Assembly (NCBI GenBank): GCA_951406725.2
Contig: OX597826.1
Coordinates: forward strand, 28,520,001-28,584,000
Direction: 5' to 3'
Source of the DNA: Octopus vulgaris
Taxonomy: Eukaryota
Length of the DNA stretch: 64,000 bases
Shown piece by piece: positions 40,165-54,091 of this stretch (the stretch's first letter is position 1; the number at the start of each line of letters is the position of its first letter). A program made the position numbers and the translations under genes. Under the pieces are notes generated by a model. It did no database searches. It was not told where the DNA came from and saw only the letters and a list, made by a program, of their open reading frames with translations.

Positions 40165-40679
40165 TATATATATATATATAGAGAGAGAGAGAGACAGAGA
40201 GACAGAGAGATACACACAGGCTCACATGATAATTGGATTTATCGACCTCATTTTACTACATGTCAAATTTGGGAGGTCATTTTTTTTTTAATTATTAAAA
40301 ATGGCTTAAATTTAAGCATAAGGCCTGCAATTTAGACGGGATGGGCAAGTCGATTACATCGTCCGTAGTACTTACCTGATACTGAAATTTATCAACCGCG
40401 AAAGGGTGAATAGATGACATTGACCTCACCAGGGACTGAACTCATAACATAGCGAGTTGGAACAAAAATACAGCGAGGCATTCATTTTTTCTAATACTAG
40501 TGATCCTGCTAATCCGCCATCCTGTTTTTTGATTTCTGATTGATTGATTAATTAATTAATCAATTATATCATGGAAAAAATTTCCCTCGTTTTACACAAT
40601 TCTGATTAGTGCAGTGAAGCGCACAACCAACCAGCCGTATAAACCGAGGGTCAATTGTATATAGTGTTTTTATACAGAG

Positions 40680-41240
40680 TACAGACGTCGTATTCCCGCG
40701 GAAGTGTTACGTTCATGAAAGTTTTGCAGAAATTTGAGTTCCCGCATCGAGAACTCTTAAAAAAAAAACAAAAAAAAAAACACGGAAGTCGACGGAAAAC
40801 AGATTTCGCATTACGGTAAGATTTTTCAAGAACGCCACGTTTTCGTAATGTGGTGTGTGTGTGGGGAGGGCTACGGGTGGAAGTACGTAAACTCTTCGTG
40901 CTCGTACTCGTATCATGTTGAATGCTGCTCACACTCATACAGGCTCACACACACACACCTCACATACACCACCCACAAATACACGTGCGTCGCACCCTCG
41001 CATCATCGTGTGTGTGTATGGTGGGAGAAAGAGAGAGAGAAAAAAAAGATGTCACAGGTGTTTTCGATGAGATTTATCACAAATGTACACCAGATGGCGT
41101 TGCTGTCCGGCTGCCCACTGAAGCGGAAGTACAGAACGGTTTGCGAAAACATGGCCGGGGGACGGGGGGAGGAGAGGATACGGTGTTTATTGGCTTCTTT
41201 ATTCTCCTCGGTGGTTTTTTGGCGCGCAAAAAGTGGTTAC
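40680..41240. promoter_or_regulatory. CpG-rich promoter-like region
   Basis: Three ETS CGGAAGT sites, CACCAGATGGCG, AAAACATGGC and TTTGGCGCGC motifs in non-repeat sequence. Confidence 0.35.
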
Positions 41241-42512
41241 CCAAAAGGTCACATTATGTGCAAAGTTCTAAATAGTAGAAAGCTTTTATAAAGGTCAGAG
41301 GCGCATGTGGATGAAATGGGGTGGGAGTGGGGTATATCATAATTTTATTTTCTTTGGCTTTGGATGTTGTTTAGCGCCCCCAAGGGAATCCTGATCGAGC
41401 AGATCTATCCTCAATGACGATATATCCGTGACCATCCCCAGTGATGAACATGGGTGTTTAGGAACAAGTGATACGCTCAAGGCCGTCCAAGACGCAGAAC
41501 ATCCCAATCTCAACCTCTTTGACATTAGCGTACCGAAGAAGGTGAGGGGGGGGAGTAAAGATGCTTCGGAGCATCTTACGCGCGTGAGCCCGAAAAGTGG
41601 AAGAATGCCGCCGTCTCTCTGCCATGTCCTTTACCGGCCATTCTGCCTCTCCTCTTCGGGTATAGTGTGGATAATGTATTTATTCTTCCTTATTTAAGAG
41701 ACTAATGCAGGGTCTCACAAAAGAAAGGTGCTGCTGTATTAATTGATTTGATTGACTGATCGAAAAGAAGGACAAAAAACTGTTGCGTTTAATAAAAATA
41801 ATACAATTGACCCTATTAACGAAATCAAAACCATGCTTAAATATATACATATAGAAATACACACGTACTCTTACATCCGTTGGCATTCCTGTAACACTCT
41901 CTCGTCATTAAAACCATAATTACCTCCAACATTTCTGGTCAAGCAGAGATCGAACACGTGAACCTAACGTATGTGCGTTTATTCCTGGTTCTCCTTTTCC
42001 TTTATTTTCATCTTGATCTCAACTGGACTTTCATAACGCACCCGACAAAAAAAGTGTTCGAAACATTATAATTTTTACTTAAACATTTTTTTCCCTCTTC
42101 GTTGCGCGTCAACATAATATTAAAAGTGAACATCCTTTTGGACTTAATCTTTTTATTGGTTTGTTATTGTTATTTGCTTAAGCGTAATTAACATGGTTTT
42201 ATAATTTGTCCAACACCATGCGGAAGGGAAAATAATTACACATTCTTCTATGATTTTAGTTGTCCAGCACATATGTCCGGGTATTGCTGACTTGTGGAGT
42301 TATGTTAAACGTTTGCTGTCACGCATGGGACGAATCCGGTTGTCAACCGATTTCATAATAATTACTGCCACTCGGCCCTCATTTAACCGAGCACACGAGG
42401 CGGCTTGCTTTTGTATAGTGGTTATGACGAAAGGGGCGGACAGTGCCCTCTTAGCAGCAATACAAACTTGTGTGTGGACAGCGGCTTGCTGTCAGGAAAT
42501 TAATACCATAGG

Positions 42513-42852
42513 AGGAGGAGAGGAGACCCCACTTCAGTCATGAATGACCATGGGATAGCACCTAGAAAGTTACCCTCCCAGACACAAGTCCGAGCAAGGT
42601 TGTTTGTGGAAGGCCAGCAGTCGCTCATACATACAAGCCTCCCCTCTGCACACCACCGATGTTATCCAAGGCAAATGCCGATACAGCTTGGCACCAGTGA
42701 TGTCGCAACTCATTTCTACAGCTGAGTTAACTGGAGCAACGTGAAATAAAGCGTCTTGCTCAAGAACACAACACACAGCCCGGTCCAGGAATCGAACTCA
42801 CAACCTCACGATCGTAAGCTCGACGCTCTAACCACTGAGCCATGCGCCTTCA
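42513..42852 (-). mobile_element. tRNA-headed SINE family C, full-length with distinct tail
   Basis: A-box tggctcagtgg, B-box gagttcgattcc; candidate TSD CATAGG at 42507-42512 and 42853-42858. Confidence 0.88.
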
Positions 42853-43194
42853 CATAGGGGTCAGTATATTAATTTGCACAGATCCTAATTGGACCCCTAG
42901 ACCCGGGCAAGTACTCATTGTGACGGCACTGGATGTGGACGACGCTGGTCAACTTCTTCAAACTTTACTTGAAAACAAAGATGACTGTGAAGGAATGGCC
43001 CTGTTCTAGGCCTCGTGCCTATAGTAAAAAAGCATCATCATCATCGTCATCATGTAATTATGTGTGCTCTTGTCTATTATTGATCAATAATACTTTTATG
43101 AAAGAAAGATGTGCTTATAATCGCCATTTTTCTACTTCCCGATAATATCGACACACATGAAGGAAAGCCCCGCCCCATTCTCTCTCTCACTCGT

Positions 43195-43432
43195 TTCGAA
43201 CCAGCGATGGTAGGACTTCACGTGGTCTCTCGACATCTCCCATAGAGATAGCAGTCAATTCTCCCTCATCTCTCACCCAGCCGTCTTCAAATGTAGATGA
43301 CATAAAAAAGAAGAAAAATAAAAACTGCATAGTGTATAGAGTCGAGGACACACTCATATGCGGATTACGACAGGATGGTCATGGCAGGGATATCTTTCAT
43401 CTATAGATTGTGGTTTAAGCAGCGGTGACCTA
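43195..43432 (+). mobile_element. Old SINE-like repeat (family F)
   Basis: atagcagtcaattctccctca motif has diverged relatives near 6375-6450, 39740-39885, 44105-44170 and 50000-50070. Confidence 0.4.
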
Positions 43433-43812
43433 TGTCTCTCTCATCTCCATTTTAATTCTCTCACCACCCATTCTCTCTGTCTCTCCGCCTCTACCTTTCG
43501 TTCTGGCGCTCTCTCTCTCCCCCTCATTTTCGCTCTTTGTATCTTCTTCATATACGTTCCACACCCTCTCTCTTCTTCTTTCCCCCACTTTCCTACACAC
43601 ATCTTCACCAACTCTCGCCATTGCTCTGTCTTTCGCTCTCTCCTTCTCTCTCGCTCTCTTTAGCTATCTATCTCTATCTCGCCCACACCTTATCTCAATC
43701 GTCCTCTCATTCATCCGCTCTCTTTTACTCTTCTCTCCTTTTCACTACCCTCTTCCAATCCGCCCGTATCTCTCTCCCTAACTATCTATCTATCTATCTA
43801 CCTATCTGTCTA

Positions 43813-43843
<31 letters not shown>

Positions 43844-45384
43844 TTATATATATGTATGTATATATATATATATATATATATATACCAATCTATCTGTCTG
43901 TCTGTTTGTCTATCTCCTCATCCTAGAAAGGTCGTCACTGTCTAAAACCGTCACAAGTTAAAACACTCCTAGATATGAAACATGACTGATGACGTTCCAG
44001 GCTTGACCATCACCTCGGTTGTTTTCTCTCTTCTTCTTCTAGGGAGAGGGAGTGTTTCTGGGACATCATCTATCTACTCAGCCATTCCTCCATAATAGTG
44101 GCAGAGTAGGATGAGAAAGGAGGATGCTGTTGTTATTTCTAGCACGTCGACTGACCACTTAAAGGCTCCCAAATTTAGAGTGTGCTTTTTTCTCAGTGTG
44201 TGTGTTAGTGTTTGTGTTTGTGTATGTGTGTGTATGTGAGTGTGACTACGTGCATGGGTGTGCTTGTGTGTGTTAGTGTATAGATATATGAGTGTGTTCG
44301 TGATTGCGTGTTTGCGTATGTGTCTGCGTGTGTATGAGAGAATATTTGTGTATGTGTGTGTGTTCGTGATTGTGCGGGTGCGTGTTTGAAAATGTGTATG
44401 CGAGTTTGTGTGTGTGTGCGTGCATGGGTGTGTTAATATATAGATATGTATGTGTGAGTGTTCGTGTTGTGTCTGCGTGTGTATGTGTGTGTGTATGTGT
44501 GTGTGTTGCGTGGCTAAGGTAGAGCATACGTCACTACACATTATAATACAAACTTGATGTGTACGTACGAGTGTTTACATGTATATGTGTGTGTATACGC
44601 GTGTACATGTGCTTACAAGTGTGTGTGCGAAAGAGTCCGCTTATGCGTGCATATACATCTGTGTACGTACGCATGTGTGAGTTAGTGTGTATTCATAGGT
44701 GTTTACATGCACGTGTTGCAAAGTGTGTGTATGTAAATGTGTGTGTGTATCTAAGAGAAAACTTTTCCCGAAGTTTAGAAGAGGGAGAGGAAGAGACAGA
44801 GAGAGAAAGAAAGGGGAGCAGAGAGAGACATAGACAGAAAGGGGGGAAGGGAAAGATATTGAGAGACAGAAACGCAGGACGGAGGGAGGGAGAGGGCGAG
44901 GGAGGAAAGGGAGATAGAGAGCTGGATGCAGGGAGGTAGCGAGATAGAGGAAGCAGGTGGAGAGAAATACATAGAGAGGGAAGGAGGGAGGGAAGCAGGA
45001 GGTAGGTAGAGAGAAATGAGGAAGGCAGGGAAAGAGAAGTAGCAAGAGGAAGAGGAGAAAGCAAGGGGGGCAATATGATTCAAAGAAAGGGTGGGAGGAA
45101 TGCTTTTTTTTTTCCCCTTCTTATCTCCTCTCTAAGAAAACAGTTTATAATTCCAGCACACATGAACACTGATACCAAGATAGACATAGACTCATATGTG
45201 TGTGTGCGTGTGTAAAATAAATTTATAAATAAAATACATGTAGATATATTATGAGGAAATGCGATATATATAGATGTGTGCGTGTGTGTGTGTGTGCGTA
45301 TGTGTGTGCATGCGCGAAGACAAATACATACAAACATATATATACATATATTGTGCGTGCATATATATATACACATACATATAT

Positions 45385-45455
<71 letters not shown>

Positions 45456-45489
45456 ATGCACATATATTGTGTGTGTATATATATTTCGC

Positions 45490-45532
<43 letters not shown>

Positions 45533-45919
45533 CGTATCTAAGAGAAAGACAGCAAGAAGAAAGAGTGTGTGTGTGTGCTAAGGGAGAACTAGGTTAGCAA
45601 AGCTTGACGAACTGTTGAGTAGAGACAGGCTTGTAGGAAGGAAGTGTGTGTGTGTGTGTGTATTACTCCACACAGGCAGGGCACATAATCACCACTCGCA
45701 TGTGAGCTGTGAATTAAGCTGGAGCGAGCGAAACATGAGTATGTGTATCTTTTGAACGCACGTACGTAAGAGTGTGTGTGCGTGTCGCGTATGAGTGCGC
45801 GTTGGCCTTTAAAGATACTTTATCGTAAAGTACTCGCCCAGCCAAACCACCAGTAAACCAGCCAACTAGCTATTGCACTCAACTAGCGAACTAAGCAAAA
45901 CACCTCACTCTACCCCGCC

Positions 45920-45958
<39 letters not shown>

Positions 45959-46233
45959 AATACAAAGTACAACCCGTACAGACCCTCACTCAACTCTACA
46001 ATCAACCATCTCACTCAAGCCTGCTCCTCAAAGCCAAACCACCTGTCACTGAAAGCCGCCCGATTTTACTCCACAAATCCCCTAAGTCTACATGTGAACT
46101 ATCCAGATCTCCCCGCCCCATCATTGCTCCCTCTTACACACACAGTAAGCTACGTTGCATTTCCTTGCGTATAAGTAATGTTTCTGTTTTATTTTAACTG
46201 TAAAAAAATGGTGTGTGGTTTATACACCATTTA

Positions 46234-46398
46234 GGCGCAGGAGTGGCTGTGTGGTAAGTAGCTTGCTAACCAACCACATGGTTCCGGGTTCAGTCCCACT
46301 GCGTGGCATCTTGGGCAAGTGTCTTCTACTATAGCCTCGGGCCGACCAAAGCCTTGTGAGTGGATTTGGCAGACGGAAAGTGAAAGAAGCCCATCGTA

Positions 46399-46441
<43 letters not shown>

Positions 46442-46663
46442 ATGTGTGTGTTTGTGTGTCTGTGTTTGTCCCCCCCAGCATTGCTTGACAACCGATGCTG
46501 GTGTGTTTACGACCCTGTAACTTAGCGGTTCGGCAAAAAGAGACCGATTAAATAAGTACTAGGCTTACAAAAGAATAAGTCCCGGGGTCGATTTGCTCGA
46601 CTAAAGGCGGTGCTCCAGCATGGTCGCAGTCAAATGACTGAAACAAGTAAAAGAGTAAAAGAG
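46234..46663 (+). mobile_element. SINE family A, full-length reference copy
   Basis: tRNA-like head with A and B boxes, body, internal (TA)n(TG)n, CR1-like tail, agtaaaag terminal repeats. Confidence 0.95.
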
Positions 46664-46859
46664 AGGTAAAACTGCTGTAAAGTTTAAATATGAAAGGAAG
46701 GGATTATTATTATTATTATTATTATGCGACACTAAATGAGTGATGCACCATATACACGAGTAAATGAGGTCATATTTTCAAGACAAAATATACCAATCTC
46801 CGCTATTACCTCTATGCCTGCCCAATCACCCTCCGATCAGTAATAGAATGAGGTATAGA

Positions 46860-47735
46860 GGCCAGCGACTTTATGGATGTTCAAATAACTATGATGCTGA
46901 AACCCAACCGTTTGTGCTTTTGCACGGAACAGACACTCGATCACACCTGACCATGTGGCTTTATGATCCAACAAGCATGTTGGTTCATCGTTTAAGAATT
47001 ATGGGCATCTGTGGTTCAACAATTACGAGGTTATACGACTCGACAAACATGTAGTTTTATGCACGGGACTATGTGACCGAACTACCATGTAGTTTTATGA
47101 CTCAACGACCAACTTGTTAACCATGTAGTTTTATCACCTCACCTAGCCATCATGTAGCTTTATGACTCACACCTACGTAGATGTATCATCAAACAACCAT
47201 GTGGCTTTATGACTTAACCACTGGGCTTGATGACAGTCGTGTGGTTTTATCAATCAACAACCATGTAGTTTTATGAGTTAACGTCCACGTGGCTGTGTCA
47301 CCTAACAATCCTGCCGCTTTGTGACCCAGTGCACATGTAGATTTGTGAGTCAGTGACAACGATGACTATGACTCAACAGACATGTAGCAGTCTCACTCAG
47401 AAAACATGTAGGATTATGTCTCAAAAACATGTAACTTAATCACTAATTTACCCGTTCAACAGCCATACAGTTCTTTCTTCAAGTACACAAAGTACTTGAA
47501 TACCCCCCCCCCCACCATGCAAGGTCTTACACAACCATGGAATTGAATGTATGACCCAGGAACCATGTAGCGTAATGCCTCGACAACCATGTAGCTACAT
47601 GACCCAGCAATCTGTAATTGCATAGCGCAATCATGTAGCTTTGAGACCCAACACTCATGTAGATGCAACGAGATGAAGCAAAACCATGTAGCCACGTAGC
47701 TTTATGACATAAGAAAGCTTTAATCATCTAACCAA
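46860..47735. repeat. Degenerate 24-bp minisatellite
   Basis: Consensus approximately accatgtagttttatgactcaaca; many diverged units. Confidence 0.8.
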
Positions 47736-48189
47736 GAGGGTGTATTCCAATTCAGAACACGTTGTTTTTGTTCGACACACCACGAATTTTGCCATCTTGG
47801 ACCTATGTCCATGCCAACGGCACTAAAATTACGGAAAAAAGGAAAACATGAAAAAGTGGTAAATATGAGACAGATGAAATGAAATTATGCTGTGGGTTTG
47901 GGACATCTTCCCGATATTCACGCTTGCAAAGGTAGATATATATATATATATATATATAGTGTGTGTGTGTGTGTGAGAAAGAGGGGGGAGTGTGCGCGTG
48001 TGTGTGTATGTGTGAGTGAGAGAGAGAATGTGTGTGTGTGTGTGTGTGTGTGTATTGGCGTGCAATCGCATACGTCTACATTGTATATGGAAAATAAAAA
48101 AATGTTATGAAGGTTTATGAAATTTGACTGAATTATAAATTTTCGTAGGCATTTATGCGCACGAGTGTGAGAAAAAGAGTCTCTCTCTC

Positions 48190-48224
<35 letters not shown>

Positions 48225-48305
48225 TAAACGAGAAGAATGGAACGAGCAATACTCAGATGAAATTATATATACGTATGTACATATATATACATATATATAT
48301 ACGTA

Positions 48306-48343
<38 letters not shown>

Positions 48344-50185
48344 GCTAACACCAACACATGCAGAGCCTTTATGATATATAAATCTATTTGTACAGAAAAA
48401 AATATTAATATGGGATACATAGCATGTGTACCCCATAAGTGTGTGTATATATATATAAACATATATATATAGATAGATAGATGTTATGTGTGTGTATGCA
48501 CAGGCACACATACATAAATACACACACGCATATACATATTATGCAAGTGTGTTCATATTATATATTACGTAACAATGTGAGTGTGTGTGTGTGTGTGTGC
48601 TGACATACACACAGAGACACTAACACACATTGCACGCACACAAATACACACACGCGATGTGAGTAAGGGTGAGTCTTGGGTTGGCAAAAAAAAAAATATA
48701 TATATATATAACTCGAACTATTTCTCTCTCGTTCCCCCCTTTCTCATTATCTGTCTGTCTCTCTCTCTCTCTCTCTCCGTCCCTCTTTATCAACGCCTCT
48801 CCTCTCGTTCTTCTTTCAACACTCATTCCCTTTATATCCTTTCTGTCTCCCTCCTACTCTATCTCTCAACGCCTCCCCTTCCGTTTTCTCCTTCCTATAA
48901 TCATACCCTTATATCCCCCTCTCTCCTGTTCCTATCTCACTCTGTCTCCCACCTTCCTTCTCCCTTCTCACACACTCACTCAGCCGAGCAAGAGAAAAAG
49001 AGGGAAGGGAATGTAATAAGACTTACCCTGTTTGTGTGTGTGCGTACGTGCGTGCGTGCGCGTCTGTGTGTGCGTGTACGTACGCGCAAGTATGTGTGTG
49101 TCACAGATGCATATTTCTTCACATAGGTCAAATGCAAGAGAGTCATTTTCCCATGCATGTCTTCACACACACAAAGGCACACACACACGTACAGGGAAGC
49201 AAGCACATACACACACACACGAACACATACGTACACACACACACATACGAACACATACGTACACACACACACACATACGTACACACACATATTTCTGGTG
49301 ATGTCAGGACTACATAAATAACTGCGGTTAACTGACACAGCAGTAGCAGTGATGGTAGAATATATATATATATAGAGATATATACATATACATGTGTATA
49401 TAAATATATACATGTATATTTATGAATTATTTTAATTTATATATTAAGAGTGTATGCATACACATACATACGCATACATACATACATACATACATACATA
49501 CATACATACATACATACATACATACATAAATAAATAAATAAATAAAAACATACACGCACACACAATTTCAACCGTGTGACAATTGGCAGCGACGGTGTTG
49601 ATAAATGATGACGACGGTGGTGGTGGTGGAATTCGTCGTCGTGCTAGTGGTGGTGGTGGTGGTGGAAGAGACGGTGCTGTTTATATGTTGACGGCGACGG
49701 TGGTGTTGGTGATATTGGCCGGTGTCGGAGGCGGCGAAAACGTTGGTAATGGTGGAGGTGGTGGTAAAAGTCGCTCCAGGCTTCTTCTGGTGACGCTCCT
49801 ATTACGATTATTAACACTGTTGCCGTTGTAAAACCTCACTGAATAGACACACATGATCAAAGGCAAGTCCCACCGTGACAATCCCATCTTTATTTTTCTT
49901 CCTTTATCTTTGTTTTTGTCTTTTTCTCTCTCTCTCTGTCTCTATTAAAGAGTCATGTTGCTTTTCGACTCATCTCTGCAATGTGACCTGTTTACTGTTA
50001 AAGTAGGATGTGGTTTTGACAGAATTTGGTCATTGTTTCTAGCAGGTCAACCTAACACGCAGAGGCTTGTTCGTCAGCTCGCGGTATTCGGATAGTGGTG
50101 CTGCTGCTGCTGCTGTGGTTTTAAGGTGAAGAAGGGCAGGACGGGGTCATGGCGGTGGTGGTAGTAGTGGGGTCACTTAATGAAA

Positions 50186-50348
50186 GGTGCGTGTGTGGCT
50201 GTGGTAAGAAGCTTACTTCCCAGCCATGGGGTTCCGGGTTCAGTCCTAATGCGTGGTATTTTGGACAAGTGTCTTCTTCTATAGCCCCAGGCCGACCAAA
50301 GCATTGTGTGTGAATTTGGGAGATAGGAAATTGAAAGAAGCCCATCGT
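50186..50348 (+). mobile_element. SINE family A, 5' half
   Basis: Head and body. Confidence 0.85.
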
Positions 50349-50499
50349 TATATATAGTATAGTGCGCGCACGCGAGCGTGTATGTGTTGTTGCTTAGAAT
50401 GCTATGGACATGTTTGGTGGGGTTACTGCCGTGTCAGCTCACTGAGGGACAATGTGTTGACCAGTGACGCGGCCGATGAGGATTCGAGTTGGCTGCAAC

Positions 50500-51010
50500 A
50501 ACAAAAGCCATACTTCTGCGAATAACGACCAGGTGGAGGTGGTGGCCTACTTCTGTTTCGTTGAACGGGTGGCTTTCGGGTGTGCTAAGATTGTGTGCCA
50601 ACGGGCGACGGTACGAAGTACCCAAGGCAGCGAGCTGGCAGAATCGTTAGCACGCCGGGCGAAATGCTTTGCGGTATTTCGTCTGCCGTTACGTTCTGAG
50701 TTCAAATTCCGCAGAGGTTGACTTTGCCTTTCATCCTTTCGGGGTCGATAAATTAAGTACCAGTTATGCACTGGGGTCGATGTAATCGATTTAATACCTA
50801 TGTCTGTCCTTGTTTGTCCCCTCTATGTTTAGCCCCTTGTGGGTAGTAAAGGAATAGGTACGGTACCCGAAATTGGAACTGGCGTAGAGAGTGATGTGGG
50901 ATCAGTCAAGTTAAGCATAAACCATAAAGAAGAGGTAGGCACCCGGAATGAAGATAATAAACGGTGGATCCAACATATTTTATGCCACAAGAGTGTGATA
51001 GAGATGGAGA
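50500..51010 (+). pseudogene. Possible highly decayed RTE-like RT fragment interrupted by a SINE B
   Basis: NDQVEVVAYFCFV resembles the RT E.V..F.YLG motif and KRWIQHIL resembles RW.GHV. Weak. Confidence 0.3.
50625..50860 (+). mobile_element. SINE family B, long-tail young copy
   Basis: Full head, core and tail; imperfect TSD ggtacg(aa)gtaccc / ggtacggtaccc. Confidence 0.92.
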
Positions 51011-51300
51011 TAGAGACGATTACGATAATCCATCATGAATCCAATATATTTTACGCCACAGTCATGTGATGGTGGTCAGACAGGATTAGCGAAGTCATGG
51101 AGACGTAGAGGAGCCAACACCGTTTGTCAAGCGGCGTGGGGAGACAATCACAAACAGAAACGCGCGTGCGCACGAACACTCAGAGGGCTTCCAAGTAGTT
51201 TCCGTCGACCAAAATTCAATTCACAAAGTATTCATTGAACTGGGAATACAGCAAGGCATTTGCACAAGATGGCGCGCAGTGCCACTGAAACCGGTACCTC

Positions 51301-51532
51301 GGTGAGCTGGCTGAAACGTTAGCACGCCGGGTGAAATGCGTAGCCGTATTTCGTCTGTCGTTACGTTGTGAGTTCAAATTCCGCCGAGGTCGACTTTGCC
51401 TTTCATCCTTTCGGGGTCGATAAATTAAGTACCAGTTATGCACTGGGGTCGATGTAATCGATTTAATACCGATGTCTGTTCCTTGTTTGTCCCTTCTATG
51501 TTTAGCCCCTTGTGGGTAGTAAAGAAATAGGT
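51301..51532 (+). mobile_element. SINE family B, long-tail young copy
   Basis: Near-identical to the copy at 50625; direct repeat GGTACCTCGG at 51293-51302 and 51530-51539. Confidence 0.92.
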
Positions 51533-51696
51533 ACCTCGGGGTATGGAATGAGTTTCTTAGAACACAGAGCAACTACTGTGGCAGAAGCAGTTCCAAAAAA
51601 GAAACTGACCATTCTGCGGCCAATGGTGGAAATGGTGGGATTTGGTAAATTGTTCCTACTTCACTTCTACACAGAGCAAGCAAGCTGACTCCATAG

Positions 51697-51731
<35 letters not shown>

Positions 51732-51891
51732 ATGAACATGTGTGGTGTGTTTATGTATGTACATGTATGTGTATCCGTATGCGTGTATATGTATAGATGC
51801 CCGTGTATATTGTAAGTAATGTACAGTATGTATGCGTGTGTATGTAAATGAAAGCATATGTATGCATATACATATATATATATATATATAC

Positions 51892-51945
<54 letters not shown>

Positions 51946-52479
51946 TTATATATTACGCACACACACACACACATACATACGTACGTATGGGGATGTGTAC
52001 GCATGCGTGCGTATTTGCGGTGAATGTTTTTTAGGACTAGAGAAATGATGCAGCTGTGCCAAGGGAGTCTGGCGATGGTGGTGGGAAGATGCTCCTGTGA
52101 CGTCATCTGCATATATGATAGAAGGTTGCGCGCGTATTTGTATGCGTGTCTAAGTTTGTGCGCGCGCACGTGTTTATCGAGGAGGCGCGCGCGACGGTCG
52201 TCGAGACACAAAAGTGCACGTAAGAGAACAGCACCTTGTGGAATTCCACTCAGGGAAAACCAGATTTTTTTTTTACACGTTTAGAAGCAAATAACTAAGG
52301 TTCTGCTAACGCCAATAGTTTGAGCAAAAGAGGTGGGGGGGGGGGGATCTATTTTGGGTTGAATTTGGGAAAAGATAAATATAGCTTCGAATGTAAACTT
52401 GGTTCCAATGGTAAACAAGAATGGTAAATTTTGAATTCGTGAGAGGTGGGGGCGGGGTGAAGTCATTAGCATTTAGCGT

Positions 52480-52719
52480 TCTTTGACTTGTTTTAGCCAT
52501 TGGACTGCGGTCATGCTGGGGCACCTCTTTCAAGAGTTTAGTCGAAGAAATCGAGCACCGTAATATTTTCTTTTCTTTTTCGTTTTGTATTTTGAAGTTA
52601 GCAACTTAACCGAAAGAGACCGATAGATTAGGTACCTAAGTTACGAGGATATCAACAAACCAATACCGGTTGTCAAACGGTGGGGGACAAACACAAATAT
52701 ACGCACACGAAGCCAAGCC

Positions 52720-52756
<37 letters not shown>

Positions 52757-52883
52757 CTAAATTCACGTACACAGCATTGGTCAGCCAGGTGACATAAGTA
52801 AAAGACACTTCTTGTCCAATGTGCTCCGCAGAAGGTCTAAAACCGAAACTGCGTAGCTGCAGCAAAAGTCAAATTCTTCACCA
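52480..52883 (-). mobile_element. SINE family A, decayed
   Basis: Tail and body fragments in reverse complement. Confidence 0.7.
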
Positions 52884-53124
52884 CAGAAACGTTAGCATGC
52901 CGGGCGAAATGCATTTCGTCTGTCGCTACGTTCTGAGTTCAAATTCCGCCGAGGTCGACTTTGCCTTTCATCCTTTCGGGGTCGATAAATTAAGTACCAG
53001 TTACGCACTGGGGTCGATGTAATTGACTTAATCCCTTTGTCTGTCCCCTCTATGCTTAGCAAAGAAATATATATTCATGCATAAGGCGGTGAGATGGCAG
53101 AAACGTTAGCACGCCGGGCGAAAT
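52884..53124 (+). mobile_element. SINE family B copy plus a second head fragment
   Basis: Core at 52930-53030; second head at 53084-53124. Confidence 0.85.
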
Positions 53125-54051
53125 CCTTGTTATAATTATGTACATAATTATTAAAATATTTGTTGTATATGTATATAAATTATGCAAACCCACCCGGTAG
53201 ACTGTAACAAGTAACATTTAATACTTTAAAAAAATTTTTTTTCTTTTGCGGCCCGGTACCAAACAACCCACGGCCGATACTGGAACCCATGACCTATATA
53301 TAGTAAGGTAGGCGACTCTTGCTCTACGGCATCGCTTTGCCCAGAATTTGTAAAGAATCAGCAGAGAAATCCTCTCTCAAACTTTTTTTTTTAAACACAC
53401 CCTTCTGTGAATAAATAAATAAATAAATAAATAAAAAAAATTTTTTAAAATGGTGTCAACATTTAAGAGAGAAAAAAATAGTGACTTGTGAAATGGTAAT
53501 AGAAGTGACTGTTGATGGTGACGGCAGGAGCGACGGTGCGGAAGGTCGGCAGGGGTTGGTGGGAGTAATTGAGGAGCATTATTGACTTGTAAAGGTGGCG
53601 GCGACGGCGGGGACGATGGCAACGGGGATGGAGGGGAAGATGGTGGTGGTGGTATAGACGCTCTAGTGTTTTCAATCCTGATAATAGTGGTGATAGTCGT
53701 GGTGGTGGTAGTAGTAGTAGTAGTCGCAGCAGCAGCAGCAGGTGGTGGTGACGGTGGCGGCGAAGTTAATGCAGGGTGGTGATTGCGCATTTCTAACGAC
53801 GGTTCGGGTGGTGCTGCTGATTGTAGTAGTAGTAGCAGCAGTACTGTCGTGGTGGTGGTGGTGGTGGCGGCGACGAGGAGGAGGAGAGTGGGAATAATTC
53901 TTGGTGACAGGAATGGGGTGGGTACAGATTAGCGGGTAGGGTTGGGAGGCGTGAGAATGTCGCCTGGGTAAGTTTGGTGTGTGTGTGTATGTGTGTGTGA
54001 GTTATATTTATGCCTGTGCTATGTATACGCCACAGACAAATATATACGCGC

Positions 54052-54082
<31 letters not shown>

Positions 54083-54091
54083 CACGCAAAT

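Noticed and set aside
46234-46310. tRNA genes at SINE heads
   Set aside because: A and B boxes are present, but they run into repeat bodies without a full cloverleaf or terminator.
46860-47735. CRISPR-like array
   Set aside because: Contiguous degenerate units without unique spacers, no cas genes, eukaryotic context.
53240-53325. Fourth hAT MITE
   Set aside because: Only an internal gcggcccggtacc motif; no TIR pair or TSD found.
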